DNA from: Octopus sinensis
Taxonomy: Eukaryota
Assembly: GCF_006345805.1 (NCBI RefSeq)
Contig: NC_042999.1
Location: 70,866,001-70,930,000, forward strand
Direction of reading: 5' to 3'
DNA length: 64,000 nucleotides
Shown: piece by piece, positions 63,913 to 64,000 of the stretch
Layout: the number at the start of each line of letters is the position of its first letter
Position numbering within the stretch: position 1 is the stretch's first letter
Position numbers and translations under genes: made by a program
Notes under the pieces: generated by a model
The model's input: only the letters and a program-made list of their open reading frames with translations
Database searches by the model: none
Told to the model about the DNA's origin: nothing

Positions 63913-64000
63913 ATTGATTTACAGTTTTCGATTTTGATAAACTTCATTATATGACCAACAAAATACCAAACTGGGACAACTATGAGTAAGTTGGGAACAA

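Overview
AT-rich, microsatellite-saturated eukaryotic genomic DNA. The SINE and LINE repertoire looks like an octopus (Octopus sp.); this is inferred from recalled repeat sequences, not a database match. No host protein-coding exon, rRNA, bona fide tRNA or CRISPR array is supportable, and most long ORFs are microsatellite artefacts. The main signal is a Tx1-clade non-LTR retrotransposon family that inserts at one exact nucleotide just 3' of the A-box of an abundant tRNA-derived SINE ('SINE-1'). There are three insertions: a near-intact 5.5-kb element A (9018-14494, 16-bp TSD), a divergent 1.43-kb ORF1-only HAL1-like element B stacked at the same site (14511-15944), and a 5'-truncated copy C in a different SINE copy (36677-37184). 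All three share a ~45-nt 3' end carrying a hairpin with compensatory substitutions. Also present: two hammerhead ribozymes with intact cores and long AT-rich stem II, plus decayed relatives; Penelope-like, R4/Dong-type RLE, RTE and CR1/L2 fragments; a Helitron; several palindromic MITE-like elements; and two SINE-centred template-switch inversions.
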